From positions 933 through 64,932 of IMG/VR virus record IMGVR_UViG_3300028854_000020: a DNA stretch of 64,000 bases. One strand, written 5' to 3'. This document shows positions 53,349 to 63,750 of the stretch, piece after piece; position 1 is the stretch's first letter; the number at the start of each line of letters is the position of its first letter. The position numbers were made by a program, and so were the translations under genes. This DNA is from a virus. Its lineage: Duplodnaviria; Caudoviricetes. Under the pieces are notes generated by a model. The model was not told the DNA's origin, did not search any database, and saw nothing but the letters and a program-made list of their open reading frames with translations.

Positions 53349-54371
53349 ATGAAAAAACTATTCACTACCGAGTATGGAAGTCGTCTTTATGGTACTGCCA
53401 CGCCCACGTCTGATACGGATGTGAAGCACATTGTGCTGCCGTCTATGAATGATCTTTTGCTTGGAAAATCTCTTGTAAACAAAGTAGATAAAACCAATTC
53501 TGTAAAATTTACTAAGAATTCTGCCGAAGATATTGATGAAGAATTCATCAATGTTCAAACGTTTGCAAAGGATTTTATTGGTGGTCAAACATATGCTTTG
53601 GAAATGTGTTTTGCAGTAGATTATGATAATGCAGGTCAGATTATTCATGATCCCTTGTTCAAGGGATTTTGTCATGAACTTAGAAATATGTTTTTAACTT
53701 CAAATATGACAGCATTGATTGGATATGCTGTAAATCAGGCATCATTATATTCTTTTAAGGGTGAGAGACTCAATGCTTGCCGCGCAGCGAAAGAATTATT
53801 TGAAGAGATGATTGAAAATTTTGGTGAGGATTTTAAACCTGTTGACTGTCGTGAAATATTTGAAAATAAAGCTAAAATCATTGCTGAAAATTTTCCAAAA
53901 TATTTTTCTTTGGAAGAATATGCCATTAATCACGAGGGAATGTTGCGTCCATGTATTAAATTGTTGGAGAAGATTTTGCCATATACAAGCACGTTTAAAA
54001 CTACGCTTGGTGTGGTTAATACAAATCTCAAGAAATATGGAAGTCGAGCAGATGCAGCCTCCATCGATAATGTGGACTGGAAAGCTGTGATGCATGCCCG
54101 TAGAGTAGTGGATGAAGGTATTTCTATACTAACTGATCGAAAACTTTCCTTTCCTTTTAATAAAGAATATGTAGATTTTTTGCTTTCTATAAAAAGAGGA
54201 GAACTTCCAAGAGAAGAAGTGTTTAGTGAATTAAACTCGCGTCTTGAAATATTGAAAACGCTGGAAGCAAATTCTACTCTTCCAAAAAAATCTGTTGAAC
54301 TTTCTAATACCTTGGATGTATGGTTGCTTGAGTGGTTGCGTATATGGTATGGATTGGAATTTTCATTATGA
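53349..54371 (+). CDS. Pol-beta-family nucleotidyltransferase (phage type)
   Basis: GSRLYGTATPTSDTD, DWKAVMHARR, LLSIKRGE. Confidence 0.85.
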   Translation: MKKLFTTEYGSRLYGTATPTSDTDVKHIVLPSMNDLLLGKSLVNKVDKTNSVKFTKNSAEDIDEEFINVQTFAKDFIGGQTYALEMCFAVDYDNAGQIIHDPLFKGFCHELRNMFLTSNMTALIGYAVNQASLYSFKGERLNACRAAKELFEEMIENFGEDFKPVDCREIFENKAKIIAENFPKYFSLEEYAINHEGMLRPCIKLLEKILPYTSTFKTTLGVVNTNLKKYGSRADAASIDNVDWKAVMHARRVVDEGISILTDRKLSFPFNKEYVDFLLSIKRGELPREEVFSELNSRLEILKTLEANSTLPKKSVELSNTLDVWLLEWLRIWYGLEFSL

Positions 54372-55848
54372 AATACTCAATTCCTTTGGATTGTAATTGG
54401 TTGCCGTATGTGAATGCATTACAATCATTATATAATGGCGAAAATTTTAATATTACAACTTTTGAACAACAGTGGAAAAGTAAATTTGGTGTATCGTTTG
54501 TTAAAATAACTGGACCAAAAGCATGGTTGATGGAATTTGAAAGCAAAGAACATTATGTATTATTCATGTTGGAATGGAGTTAGATATGCGTTATAAAGTT
54601 AAACTTGAAGATATTGAAGAATGTTTTAATAATGCATGGTCTGTTGCCTGTTCTGAAATACCAGAACATGGTATTGGACAAGATATAGAAGAATATTTTT
54701 GGAAAAAATATAAAATATTGTTAATTAATTCTAATCTTGATCGTATACCACGGACAAAAAAATATAATTTTGGTTGGACACATTTAGTTTTTAAAAGTAG
54801 AGCGAGTTATGTTTTATTTATTTTGGAATGGAGTTCATAAATGTCTGTTACTATAACTGCTCGTGAATTAGGAAAAAATTTCATTGATGCCCATGATTCT
54901 TTATGGTATGATCGCGGAATAACTTTGAGTGATGGTATGGATGTAGTAGATCAAATTAAAGGATGGAAAAATAAATTTGGTGCTCGTGTATATGGTGGTC
55001 ATTTTGATCATGTGCAAGCAGGAGTCTACGTCGAGGGAGAATGGAATACTATTGATGCTGTTGTAGAATTTGAAAGTAAAGAAGCATATGTATTATTCAT
55101 GCTGGAATGGAGTTAATAATGCGTTATAAAATTTATGGAAATAATATATATAAATGTTGGATTAAAGCACACGAGGCTCTATGGAATGGAGAGAATACTC
55201 TTTCAATAAAAGATCAAATAAGGTTATATAAAGAAATATATCATATTGATGTATCTGGTGGTCCATATGACAATACTATAACAACCAGACCAATATGTTT
55301 AAACTTTGAAAGTAAAGAAGCATATGTATTATTCATGCTGGAATGGAGTTAATAATGCGTTATAAAGTTAAACTTAAAGATATTGAAAATACTTTTAATA
55401 ATGCATGGCTGGTTGCATGTTCTGAAATACCAACACGTGGTATTGGAAGAGAGATAGAAAATTATTTTTGGAAAAAGTATAAATTATTATTAGTTAAACG
55501 AAATCCTAAAACTCAAAGTGTTGGTTGGATATGGTCGCATTTAGTTTTTAAAAGTAGAGCAAGTTATGTATTATTCATGTTGGAGTGGAATTAATAATGC
55601 CATATAAAGTTGATATAAACCAATATTTACAAGATCGTAATATATTTCATAATGCACATGATGCATTGATTTTTACATATCCTAACCATAATCTTGAAGA
55701 TATAAGACAATTATGGAAAAATATATATGGTGTAAAAATAATTTATAAAACGATAACATCACAAGCGTGTGATCCATATCAGATATGGACAGCAATGGAA
55801 TTTGAAAGTAAAGAAAAATATATGTTGTTTATTTTGGAATGGAGTTAA
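54368..55848 (+). CDS. tandem array of six paralogous ~75-90 aa proteins ending F(E/K)S....Y.LF.LEW(S/N)
   Basis: Starts 54368, 54586, 54841, 55119, 55355, 55597; identical 62-bp junctions at 55069-55130 and 55305-55366. Confidence 0.8.
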
Positions 55849-55851
55849 ATT

Positions 55852-56430
55852 ATGAGCACTTTTATAACGGCTGATCCCCATTGGGGGCACAAAAATATTA
55901 TCAAATATACCAAAAGACCATTTAACAATGTAACAGAAATGGACGAAACATTAATTAAAAATTGGAATAGTGTTGTTCAACCAAATGATGAGATTCATGT
56001 TGTTGGTGATGTTGCATTTTGTTGTTCTATGGATTATGCTCTTGGTGTTATGAAGAGATTAAATGGAACAAAACATTTGGTTGTTGGTAATCATGATCAA
56101 CTGGCATTAGGTATGAATGATATTAGACCCGGAACATGGAAGACAATCAAGGAAATGAATGAAATTATAATTCATAATCAAAAAATTGTTCTTTGCCATT
56201 ATCCTATTGCCGAGGGACATTGGCACCATGCATATAAAGGAACTTGGATGTTATATGGTCACGTGCATGGAACCTTTCAAAATTCTGGAAAATCATTGGA
56301 TGTTGGGGTAGATTGTTGGAATTATACTCCTGCAAGTTTTTGGAATATAAAAAAGAAAATGGATGAAATTCCTAATCCATTTGTTATAGATAAAAAAGAT
56401 GAATGGGATAAATCAGATAGAAAGGAATAA
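55852..56430 (+). CDS. metallophosphoesterase
   Basis: ADPHWGH, VGD, GNHD, CHYP, GHVH, DVGVD. Confidence 0.9.
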   Translation: MSTFITADPHWGHKNIIKYTKRPFNNVTEMDETLIKNWNSVVQPNDEIHVVGDVAFCCSMDYALGVMKRLNGTKHLVVGNHDQLALGMNDIRPGTWKTIKEMNEIIIHNQKIVLCHYPIAEGHWHHAYKGTWMLYGHVHGTFQNSGKSLDVGVDCWNYTPASFWNIKKKMDEIPNPFVIDKKDEWDKSDRKE

Positions 56431-56432
56431 AA

Positions 56433-57313
56433 ATGTTAGATGATATTTTAGAAATGTTAATTTGGCCTTTTTTTATTAGTTTTGTATTATATATTTGTTG
56501 GGTTTTGAATTATAATTCACATATTGATGATATGAATAATATTATCCGCTATCAACAAATAGTTTCATCTGTGCAATTTGAACAAGCAACATTCTTAATT
56601 GCACATGATGAAGAATTAAAATATGAGATTCGATTGGAAATTAAAAATGAATGTTTATGACAAAAATGGTATACCTTTGGAAATAGGTGATTTCGTTCGC
56701 AATGACAAAAATATTATAGGTAAAGTTCTAAAAATACCTAATGAAAGTTTAATTCAAATATTTTGGTTCTCACTATTAACTATGAGTCTTTGGATGAAGA
56801 CAAACAATTTAGAAAAATTATCAGATGAAGAAGTTATGTTATGGATGTTGGAGCAATAATGAACAAAGATAATATTGGAGATGTGGTAAGATTTGATTTA
56901 AATTTTCCTTACATTGTTGAATCTAAGATTGGTAAAATAATAGATATAATTTTAGATTCATGGGGAGATGTGTGCTATTATATTAAATACGATGATGGTT
57001 GGGAGCTTAGAAAATTAAATGAATTTGAATCTTTGACAGATGAACAGGCAATGCTATGGATGTTGGAACAGTAATGAACGAAGATATATGTGTTGATAAA
57101 AATGGGGTAATATTGGAAAAAGGTGACATCGTTAAATTTAGACAAAGTGATTTTGGAAAAATAGAAATAATGGAAGATTCGTGGGGAATAAATAATTGGG
57201 TTATTACTGTGAAATGGTTATTTGTTGGAGAAAATAACCGTATTTGTTGGGATGCAAATCGAGTTGAAAAATTATCAGATGAAGAGGCAATGATAATATA
57301 TTTAGAGCAGTGA
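56433..57313 (+). CDS. membrane ORF 56433-56660 and three KOW/YopX-like paralogs (~56647-56859, 56859-57074, 57074-57313)
   Basis: DKNG..LE.GD.V motif; ends L(S/T)DE..M...LEQ. Confidence 0.75.
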
Positions 57314-57357
57314 AATAAGATGTTGACAACCAAACCAAATTCTGATATACTAGATTT

Positions 57358-57885
57358 ATGAATGAAAAAGATTACAATTTGATGTCGGAATCGGAGCAAT
57401 TGGTAGCTGTTAATCAAGATGGTCATGCAATTTATTATATCAAAAACCCAAGCGAAGATGTGCAATTGGCGGCTGTTAATCAAGATGGTCATGCCATTCA
57501 ATATATCAAAAACCCAAGCGAAGATGTACAACTGGCTGCTGTTCAACAAGATGCTCGTGCCATTCGTTACATCAAGAATCCAAGCGAAGCCATGCAACTG
57601 GCTGCGGTTCAACAAGATGCTTATATTATTCGATTTATTAAAAACCCAAGCGAAGCCGTGCAACTGGCGGCTATTAATAAAAATAGGTATGCCATTCAAA
57701 ACATCAAGAAACCAACGGAAGCCGTGCAATTGGCTGCTGTTAATCAAAATGGCGAGGTCATTTATTTTATTAAAAACCCAAGCGAAGCCGTTCAATTGGC
57801 TGCTGTTAATCAAAATAGTTATGCTATCGATCATATTGAAAATCCAACAATTTCTGTTCAAATGTTGGCAAAATTATTGTCTTGA
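57358..57885 (+). CDS. leaderless 22-aa repeat protein (DUF4116-like), 7 repeats
   Basis: ATG begins 7 nt after TATACT(57346); stop lies inside the next TTGACA(57882). Confidence 0.85.
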   Translation: MNEKDYNLMSESEQLVAVNQDGHAIYYIKNPSEDVQLAAVNQDGHAIQYIKNPSEDVQLAAVQQDARAIRYIKNPSEAMQLAAVQQDAYIIRFIKNPSEAVQLAAINKNRYAIQNIKKPTEAVQLAAVNQNGEVIYFIKNPSEAVQLAAVNQNSYAIDHIENPTISVQMLAKLLS

Positions 57886-58334
57886 CAACCAAACCAAATT
57901 CTGATATACTAATCTTGTAGTCAAAGAAAGGAATCAAATGGACACAATTTCAAAGATTTTGGATGGAATAACGGGCGATGGGTGTATTCGTTTCAATGAC
58001 GATGGACCCGATGAATGTAAATATTGCGGAGAGCGTTTTACGCTATCATATAGTTGCAATCATAGCATTGATTGTATCTATGATATGGCAACTAAACTTT
58101 ATTACAATGAAGATGAACTACGAAGGCAGCGCAGGAACTTTTGAAAAAGTGTGTAAATATGCTTTATTATTTTTTGTTTTTTATTTGTTTGATTAATTGG
58201 GCAGCATTACCAATTAATATTATTTTGCTTATATTGATTAATAATCAAACACAAGATATTTTAGAATATATTTATGATCGTGGTCCAACACGATCTGAAT
58301 TATATCTTGAGGAAACTGAATGGAGACGGTAACC

Positions 58335-58591
58335 ATGTATATGCAAGATAAAAATGGAAAAATGTTGTCATATGGTGATGTTGTTTGGATTGAAGTTTTT
58401 GAACCAAAATTTGAACATAGTGGAGTTAAAAGAGTTTTAGGAAAAATTATAGCCGACCGCGAATATGATACTTGGGGAAAATCAGAATTATGATTAGTCC
58501 TCTAGAGAACATTGCAGACAGACCAAGAAAACCAAATGAAACAGAAAAAGCAACAACTGACCAAGCCATGATGTTTTTGCTTGAAAATTAA
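58335..58591 (+). pseudogene. frameshifted KOW/YopX-like paralog
   Basis: DKNGKMLSYGDVV start; 1-nt deletion in GGGGAAAA near 58480; shifted frame ends DQAMMFLLEN. Confidence 0.65.
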
Positions 58592-58684
58592 AAACATAAA
58601 CCGTTTATTTTCAATGGTTTATGTTTTATTTTATTGTTGACTTTTAATTTTAATTTTGGTATACTTTTAATAGTGAGGGAAGAG

Positions 58685-60016
58685 ATGACAACTCGTGAGA
58701 ATGCAAATTTCGTGATGGAGAAACTTGAAAATGCTGGATTTAAAGCATTTTTAGTTGGTGGCGCAGTGAGAAATTTATTGTTGGGATTGAATCCTCATGA
58801 TCTGGACCTCGCAACCAGCGCAAATCCAACTCAAGTTGCAACGTTGTTCCCAAATAGCAAATTTGTAGGTGAAAATTTCGGTGTATCTTTGGTTAATATC
58901 GAAGATGATCAGTTTGAAGTTGCTACTTTTCGTCTTGATGCAGCGTTTACTGCAACTTCTGATGGTCGGCACCCCGATGAAGTAAAATTTACCACTTCTG
59001 CCGAAGAAGATTGCCAACGAAGAGATTTTACGTGCAATGCATTATTTATGGATAGGCATGGCAAAGTATTTGATTTTGTTGATGGTGTTGCAGATATCAA
59101 TAATAAAGTTTTGCGATGTGTTGGCAATCCACTTGATCGTTTTCGTGAGGATAGTTTGCGAATGCTTCGTGCTGTAAGATTTTGTGCTTGTCTTGATTTT
59201 ACAATGGATAAGGAAACAAAGGTCGCGGTTGTTGCTTTGGCGCATACAGTTAAAAATCTCCCCGCAGAGCGCGTTGCCAGCGAACTTAGCAGAATGTTGA
59301 CAAGTGGACACGCCGATGTTGCCTTTGATCTGTTGCTGGAAACTGGTTTGGCTGCTGTTGTTATTCCGGAACTTTGTGACTTTGTTGGTTGTGAGCATAA
59401 TTCCAATTTTCATCCAGAGGGAGACGTTGCTAATCATGTTCGTTTGCTGCTTGCTGGTTTGGAGAAGGGTTGTAGTTTGACTCTTGCTCTCAGCGTACTT
59501 TTGCATGATGTTGCGAAACCAAAGACTCGTCGTTTGAATAAGGATGGAAAGACACAGTTTCTTGGTCACGAAACAGTTGGTGCAGCTATGGCCGAAGATA
59601 TCTTGCATCGGTTGAAGTTTAGTAATGACGTAATTAAGACTGTTGTTAGTCATGTAAGGAACCACATGAAGTTTTTCTGCACTCGACAGATGAAGCGTAG
59701 CACTCTTATGAGGTTTTTGCGCACGGATAATTTTCAGGAACTTTTGGCACTTGGTAAGTTGGATGTTGCTGCAAGCAATAAGGATTTCAGCGACGTTGAT
59801 TTTGTTGAGAGGTTCTTGAAGGAAAACGCCGATGAATTGAAGGCGGATCGTCTTGTTAACGGTGATGATTTGGTTGCTATGGGTTTTGTTCCCGGCCCCA
59901 ATTTCAAGGTATTGCTGGAACAGGTAGAGACGGCTCAGTTTGAAGGCAAGTTTACAACTCGCGAAGGGGCGCTGAATTTCCTTCGGAATAAAGCGCCCCG
60001 AAAAATGAAGGGATAG
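58685..60016 (+). CDS. cca: CCA tRNA nucleotidyltransferase with HD domain
   Basis: LVGGAVR, DLDLAT, EVATFR, RRDFT.NA, RFREDSLRMLRAVRF, HPEGDV, LLHDVAKP. Confidence 0.92.
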   Translation: MTTRENANFVMEKLENAGFKAFLVGGAVRNLLLGLNPHDLDLATSANPTQVATLFPNSKFVGENFGVSLVNIEDDQFEVATFRLDAAFTATSDGRHPDEVKFTTSAEEDCQRRDFTCNALFMDRHGKVFDFVDGVADINNKVLRCVGNPLDRFREDSLRMLRAVRFCACLDFTMDKETKVAVVALAHTVKNLPAERVASELSRMLTSGHADVAFDLLLETGLAAVVIPELCDFVGCEHNSNFHPEGDVANHVRLLLAGLEKGCSLTLALSVLLHDVAKPKTRRLNKDGKTQFLGHETVGAAMAEDILHRLKFSNDVIKTVVSHVRNHMKFFCTRQMKRSTLMRFLRTDNFQELLALGKLDVAASNKDFSDVDFVERFLKENADELKADRLVNGDDLVAMGFVPGPNFKVLLEQVETAQFEGKFTTREGALNFLRNKAPRKMKG

Positions 60017-60018
60017 TT

Positions 60019-62630
60019 ATGTTTGCCATTGGAGATTATGTTTTGGTAACATTTGGGGGTGGCCAAAGTTTGTTAAGTAGTAGAAAATATCCCGGTCAAA
60101 TTATTGAATATCTTGGTGATAATCAATTTAATGTTCAGCTTTTTGCTGTTAAGAATCGTGATTATGTTATTTATTCCACAGAGTTAGAACTTATAACAAA
60201 TGAAGAAGCTATGCTTTATATGTTGGAGCAATGATGAAAATTGGAGACTATTGTAAATTCAAACCGCTCTTTCAATATGAATCAATGATTGTTAAAATTT
60301 TTTCATATGAATATAAAAACAATACATCATCTTATTATTTGGTTACAAATATTTATACACATGAAAAATATGCAGCATATGATTTTCAACTTGGTGAGTT
60401 ATGCAATGAAGAAACAACAATTTATTTATTAGAAAGGTAATAATATGACAGATATTAATGGAGTAGAATTAAAAATCGGTGATATTATTTGTTATCGTAA
60501 TACCGCTGCTAATATTTATTTTAATGATGGTATTGGAAGAATTATTAGATTTATAGATAATTTCTGCGGAGAACAAACCGTGCTAATAAATCCGCCTAAT
60601 TCTTGTGAGCAATATAAATTTTTGTTCAATGTTGAGCTATGTCCAGAAACTATAGCAATGCTTTATATGTTGGAGAATTAATTATGTCAATTAAAAATAA
60701 AATGACAGATCGCAATGGAAAAGAATTAAAAATAGGTGATATTGTTAAATTGCGTAAAGATAAAGATGGGGATAATTTTAATCGTATTGGAAAAATTGTT
60801 GATAGCCATATAAATGAATATGGTGAATATTTTTTAGACGTTTACTATTATGCTGATAATATTGGCATGTGCGGTAAGTTTCCAATCAATGTCGAATTTT
60901 TATCTGATGAAGAAGCAATGTTGTTTTTGTTAGAAAGATAATATGACAGATATTAATGGAGTTGAGCTAAAAATAGGCGATGTTGTTTGCTTTCGTATAA
61001 CGAAAGCAAAATTTATTTTAATGATGGTATTGGAAAAATTATTGATTAATCAACAATTTTTGTGGAGAGAAAACAGCATTAATAAAAATTTCAGGAAAGT
61101 ATACTCAATATAAATTTTTGTTCAATGTTGAGCTATGTCCAAAAGAAAAAGCTATGTTATGGATATTGGAGCAATAATGAATGATCGTTTTAAAAAGAAA
61201 ATTAATATCGGTGATTGGGTAGTATACTGGCATAAAAGAGAAGGATTTTCTCGTCCAGATATTGCAGAAGTTGTAGAAATTACCAAAGTTCCATATACAT
61301 CCAGATCATTTGCAAAAATTCGTTATACTTCTCCGCATAAACAAATATGTTATTGTGATAGAAATGCTTCTGGAATTACTTTGTTAACTAACGAAGAAGC
61401 TATGTTGAAAATTTTGGAAAAGGTAACAGAATGATTGCTACAGACATAAACGAAAATGTTTTAATATTTAATGATTATGTTGTTTATAAACACGAATATG
61501 CTGGTGAAGATATTGATGAAAATTATGAAAAATTTACAGGATTTGGTAATTTCATACGTATAGATGGAGACAAGCAACGTGAGGCATGTTGGTTGAGGAT
61601 ATACAATAAAAAAATGGGAACATTTATCAAACATAGATTAAATGTTAAAAAAATTGACAAACGAAGAAGCCATGTTGAGAATGTTGGAGAACTAATGGAT
61701 TATTATTTTGATAAAAACGGAAATGAGATTAATATTGGTGATCTTATATATTATTATGCATATGATTCTGAGTATGTCATGAAAAAGAAAATAGGTAAGA
61801 TAGTTGATCTTACTAAATTTGGAAAAGTTTATTTTGGTATATGTGATTTATATGGAGATAGTAATAAGTATAGTGGCAGCGGAGAACGAAATATTTATGA
61901 AGTCGTAAAAGTTCCTATAATAGACCAAACAATGATGATTCTAGAAAAGTATACAATATGAAAAACGATTTACAAATTGGAGAAATGGCAAAATTTGGTT
62001 CCCCAATGATATATGTAAAAATTATTGCTATGAACCGTTTAACTAATATAGCTAGAATTGAATATAGTGGAGTAGAATATTGCGTTTGTCTCAATCACCT
62101 TTCTCCTATTATAATAGAAGAATATGTTTTATGGAAATTGGAAAATTGATAATGACATCAGATTGTAATAAAAACAAACTTCGAAAAGGTGATTGGGTAA
62201 AATTTTCTCAGGGTTGCATTGGACAAATTATTAATATAAAACCTTATATCGATGACGAACTTTGGAAATCTGCCGACGGAATTGAGATTTTATATAAAAA
62301 CCGACGTATTATTGAATATGGTAAATATGTTCAAAAAGTATCAGATGAAGAAGCTATGTTATGGATGTTGGAGCAATAATGAAAAAAGCATTTGATTATT
62401 ACAAAACACCATTATATGTTGGAGATTATGTTTTGTTTCGTATTGATGGCTGTGGCCATACTGATATCATGGGAAATATTTCATCAATATTTGACTGCAC
62501 GGATAAAGATATTATTAAAGATAATTTACTTGTTAATATAAGACATGGAAACGTTTTTTATACTAGATATGGATTTCAAGTTGAAAAAATTTCCGATAAA
62601 AAGGCAATGGTAAGATTACTAGAACAGTAA
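60019..62630 (+). CDS. tandem array of about 11 KOW/YopX-like small genes, including frameshifted members at 60943-61177 and 61431-61695
   Basis: (D.NG.EL.)IGD.V...G.I core and EEAML..LE(Q/N/R) ends, mostly with TAATG-type coupling. Confidence 0.8.
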
Positions 62631-62648
62631 ATTTAAGAAAGGAATTTT

Positions 62649-63692
62649 ATGAAAAAATTAATAGTTGGTGGAACGTTTGATGATAATAATGGCAAAACAT
62701 CATATATTGTCAAACAATTGATTGATTCTCTTGGAACAGATTGGGAAAATGTCAATGGTGGTAATATAACATATATTAATACATTTGATCCAACGGGAAT
62801 TGATGTTTTACTTTGGATGCCAAATATTGCTAATGACGAAGTAAAAATTTTAGATAGTTTAAAAATAAAAAATTCACATATGTTATTGATTCAATCAAAA
62901 CGTGTAATTGAAAAAGAATATTATCCTTCTGATATTGTTGGTCGGTTATTAAAATCACATTCTGCTCTTGGTATTATGATTTCCAAAGATGAAACATATC
63001 GTTTTCGTGTTCTTGATCCGTTAGGAAATTTGTGGTGCGATACCAAAGATATTAATATCGTTGGGGAAACAATTCAAAATAGAATTATTTATCTTTTATC
63101 TTTGACCCGCATTGGATCGAAACAAATGGAACTATCCAATGTATTTTCTGCTCCACAAAAATTTATTGATATTATTAAACAGTATGGCAATGAATTTACA
63201 AAATTTGTTAATGCAATCAATCCAAATAGACTGCTCGGTAATGCTTCTACTCGTTGTTCCTCTGGATTTCCAGCAATGCGTTTAGATAATCACATTCTTG
63301 TAACAAAAAGAAATGTAGATAAAACAACATTAAATATTGATGATTTTGTTTTAGTTAAGAATGAGATAAACAACATTGTATATTTTTCTGGTAATAACAA
63401 ACCAAGCGTGGATACACCAATTCAATTAAGAATATTTGATTATTATAAAAATATAAATTATATTATTCATGGTCATGTATATATTAAGAATGGTATTTTT
63501 ACAACTAACAAAATTCCTTGTGGATACATTGAAGAGTTTGAAGAAATTAAATCATTGTTTGCCGATAAAAATTTAACTAATTTTTCTATAAATCTTAAAG
63601 GGCATGGATGTTTAATCATGGCAGAAAATTTGGATTATTTACAATCTCAAATTATTAATCTAAAAGAAAGACCATTTCCTGAATCTAATTGA
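62649..63692 (+). CDS. protein with C-terminal class II aldolase/adducin domain
   Basis: GNAS.R, KPSVDT, YIIHGH, PCG, LKGHG. Confidence 0.75.
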   Translation: MKKLIVGGTFDDNNGKTSYIVKQLIDSLGTDWENVNGGNITYINTFDPTGIDVLLWMPNIANDEVKILDSLKIKNSHMLLIQSKRVIEKEYYPSDIVGRLLKSHSALGIMISKDETYRFRVLDPLGNLWCDTKDINIVGETIQNRIIYLLSLTRIGSKQMELSNVFSAPQKFIDIIKQYGNEFTKFVNAINPNRLLGNASTRCSSGFPAMRLDNHILVTKRNVDKTTLNIDDFVLVKNEINNIVYFSGNNKPSVDTPIQLRIFDYYKNINYIIHGHVYIKNGIFTTNKIPCGYIEEFEEIKSLFADKNLTNFSINLKGHGCLIMAENLDYLQSQIINLKERPFPESN

Positions 63693-63750
63693 AAATAAAC
63701 ATCTTATTTTTTGTCTTGACAAACAAGCCAAATTTTGATATACTAAATTT

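Noticed and set aside
32190-57904. Diversity-generating retroelement behind the 22-aa repeat variation
   Set aside because: No reverse transcriptase in the window and substitutions are not adenine-specific
32241-57904. Alternative-frame and antisense ORFs over the repeat genes (e.g. 32241-, 32293+, 57007-, 57419+)
   Set aside because: Open frames are by-products of the 66-bp repeat; no supporting RBS or promoter
61431-61961. Genuine 176-aa two-domain protein
   Set aside because: Better explained as two array genes fused by one extra A in the run at 61647-61653
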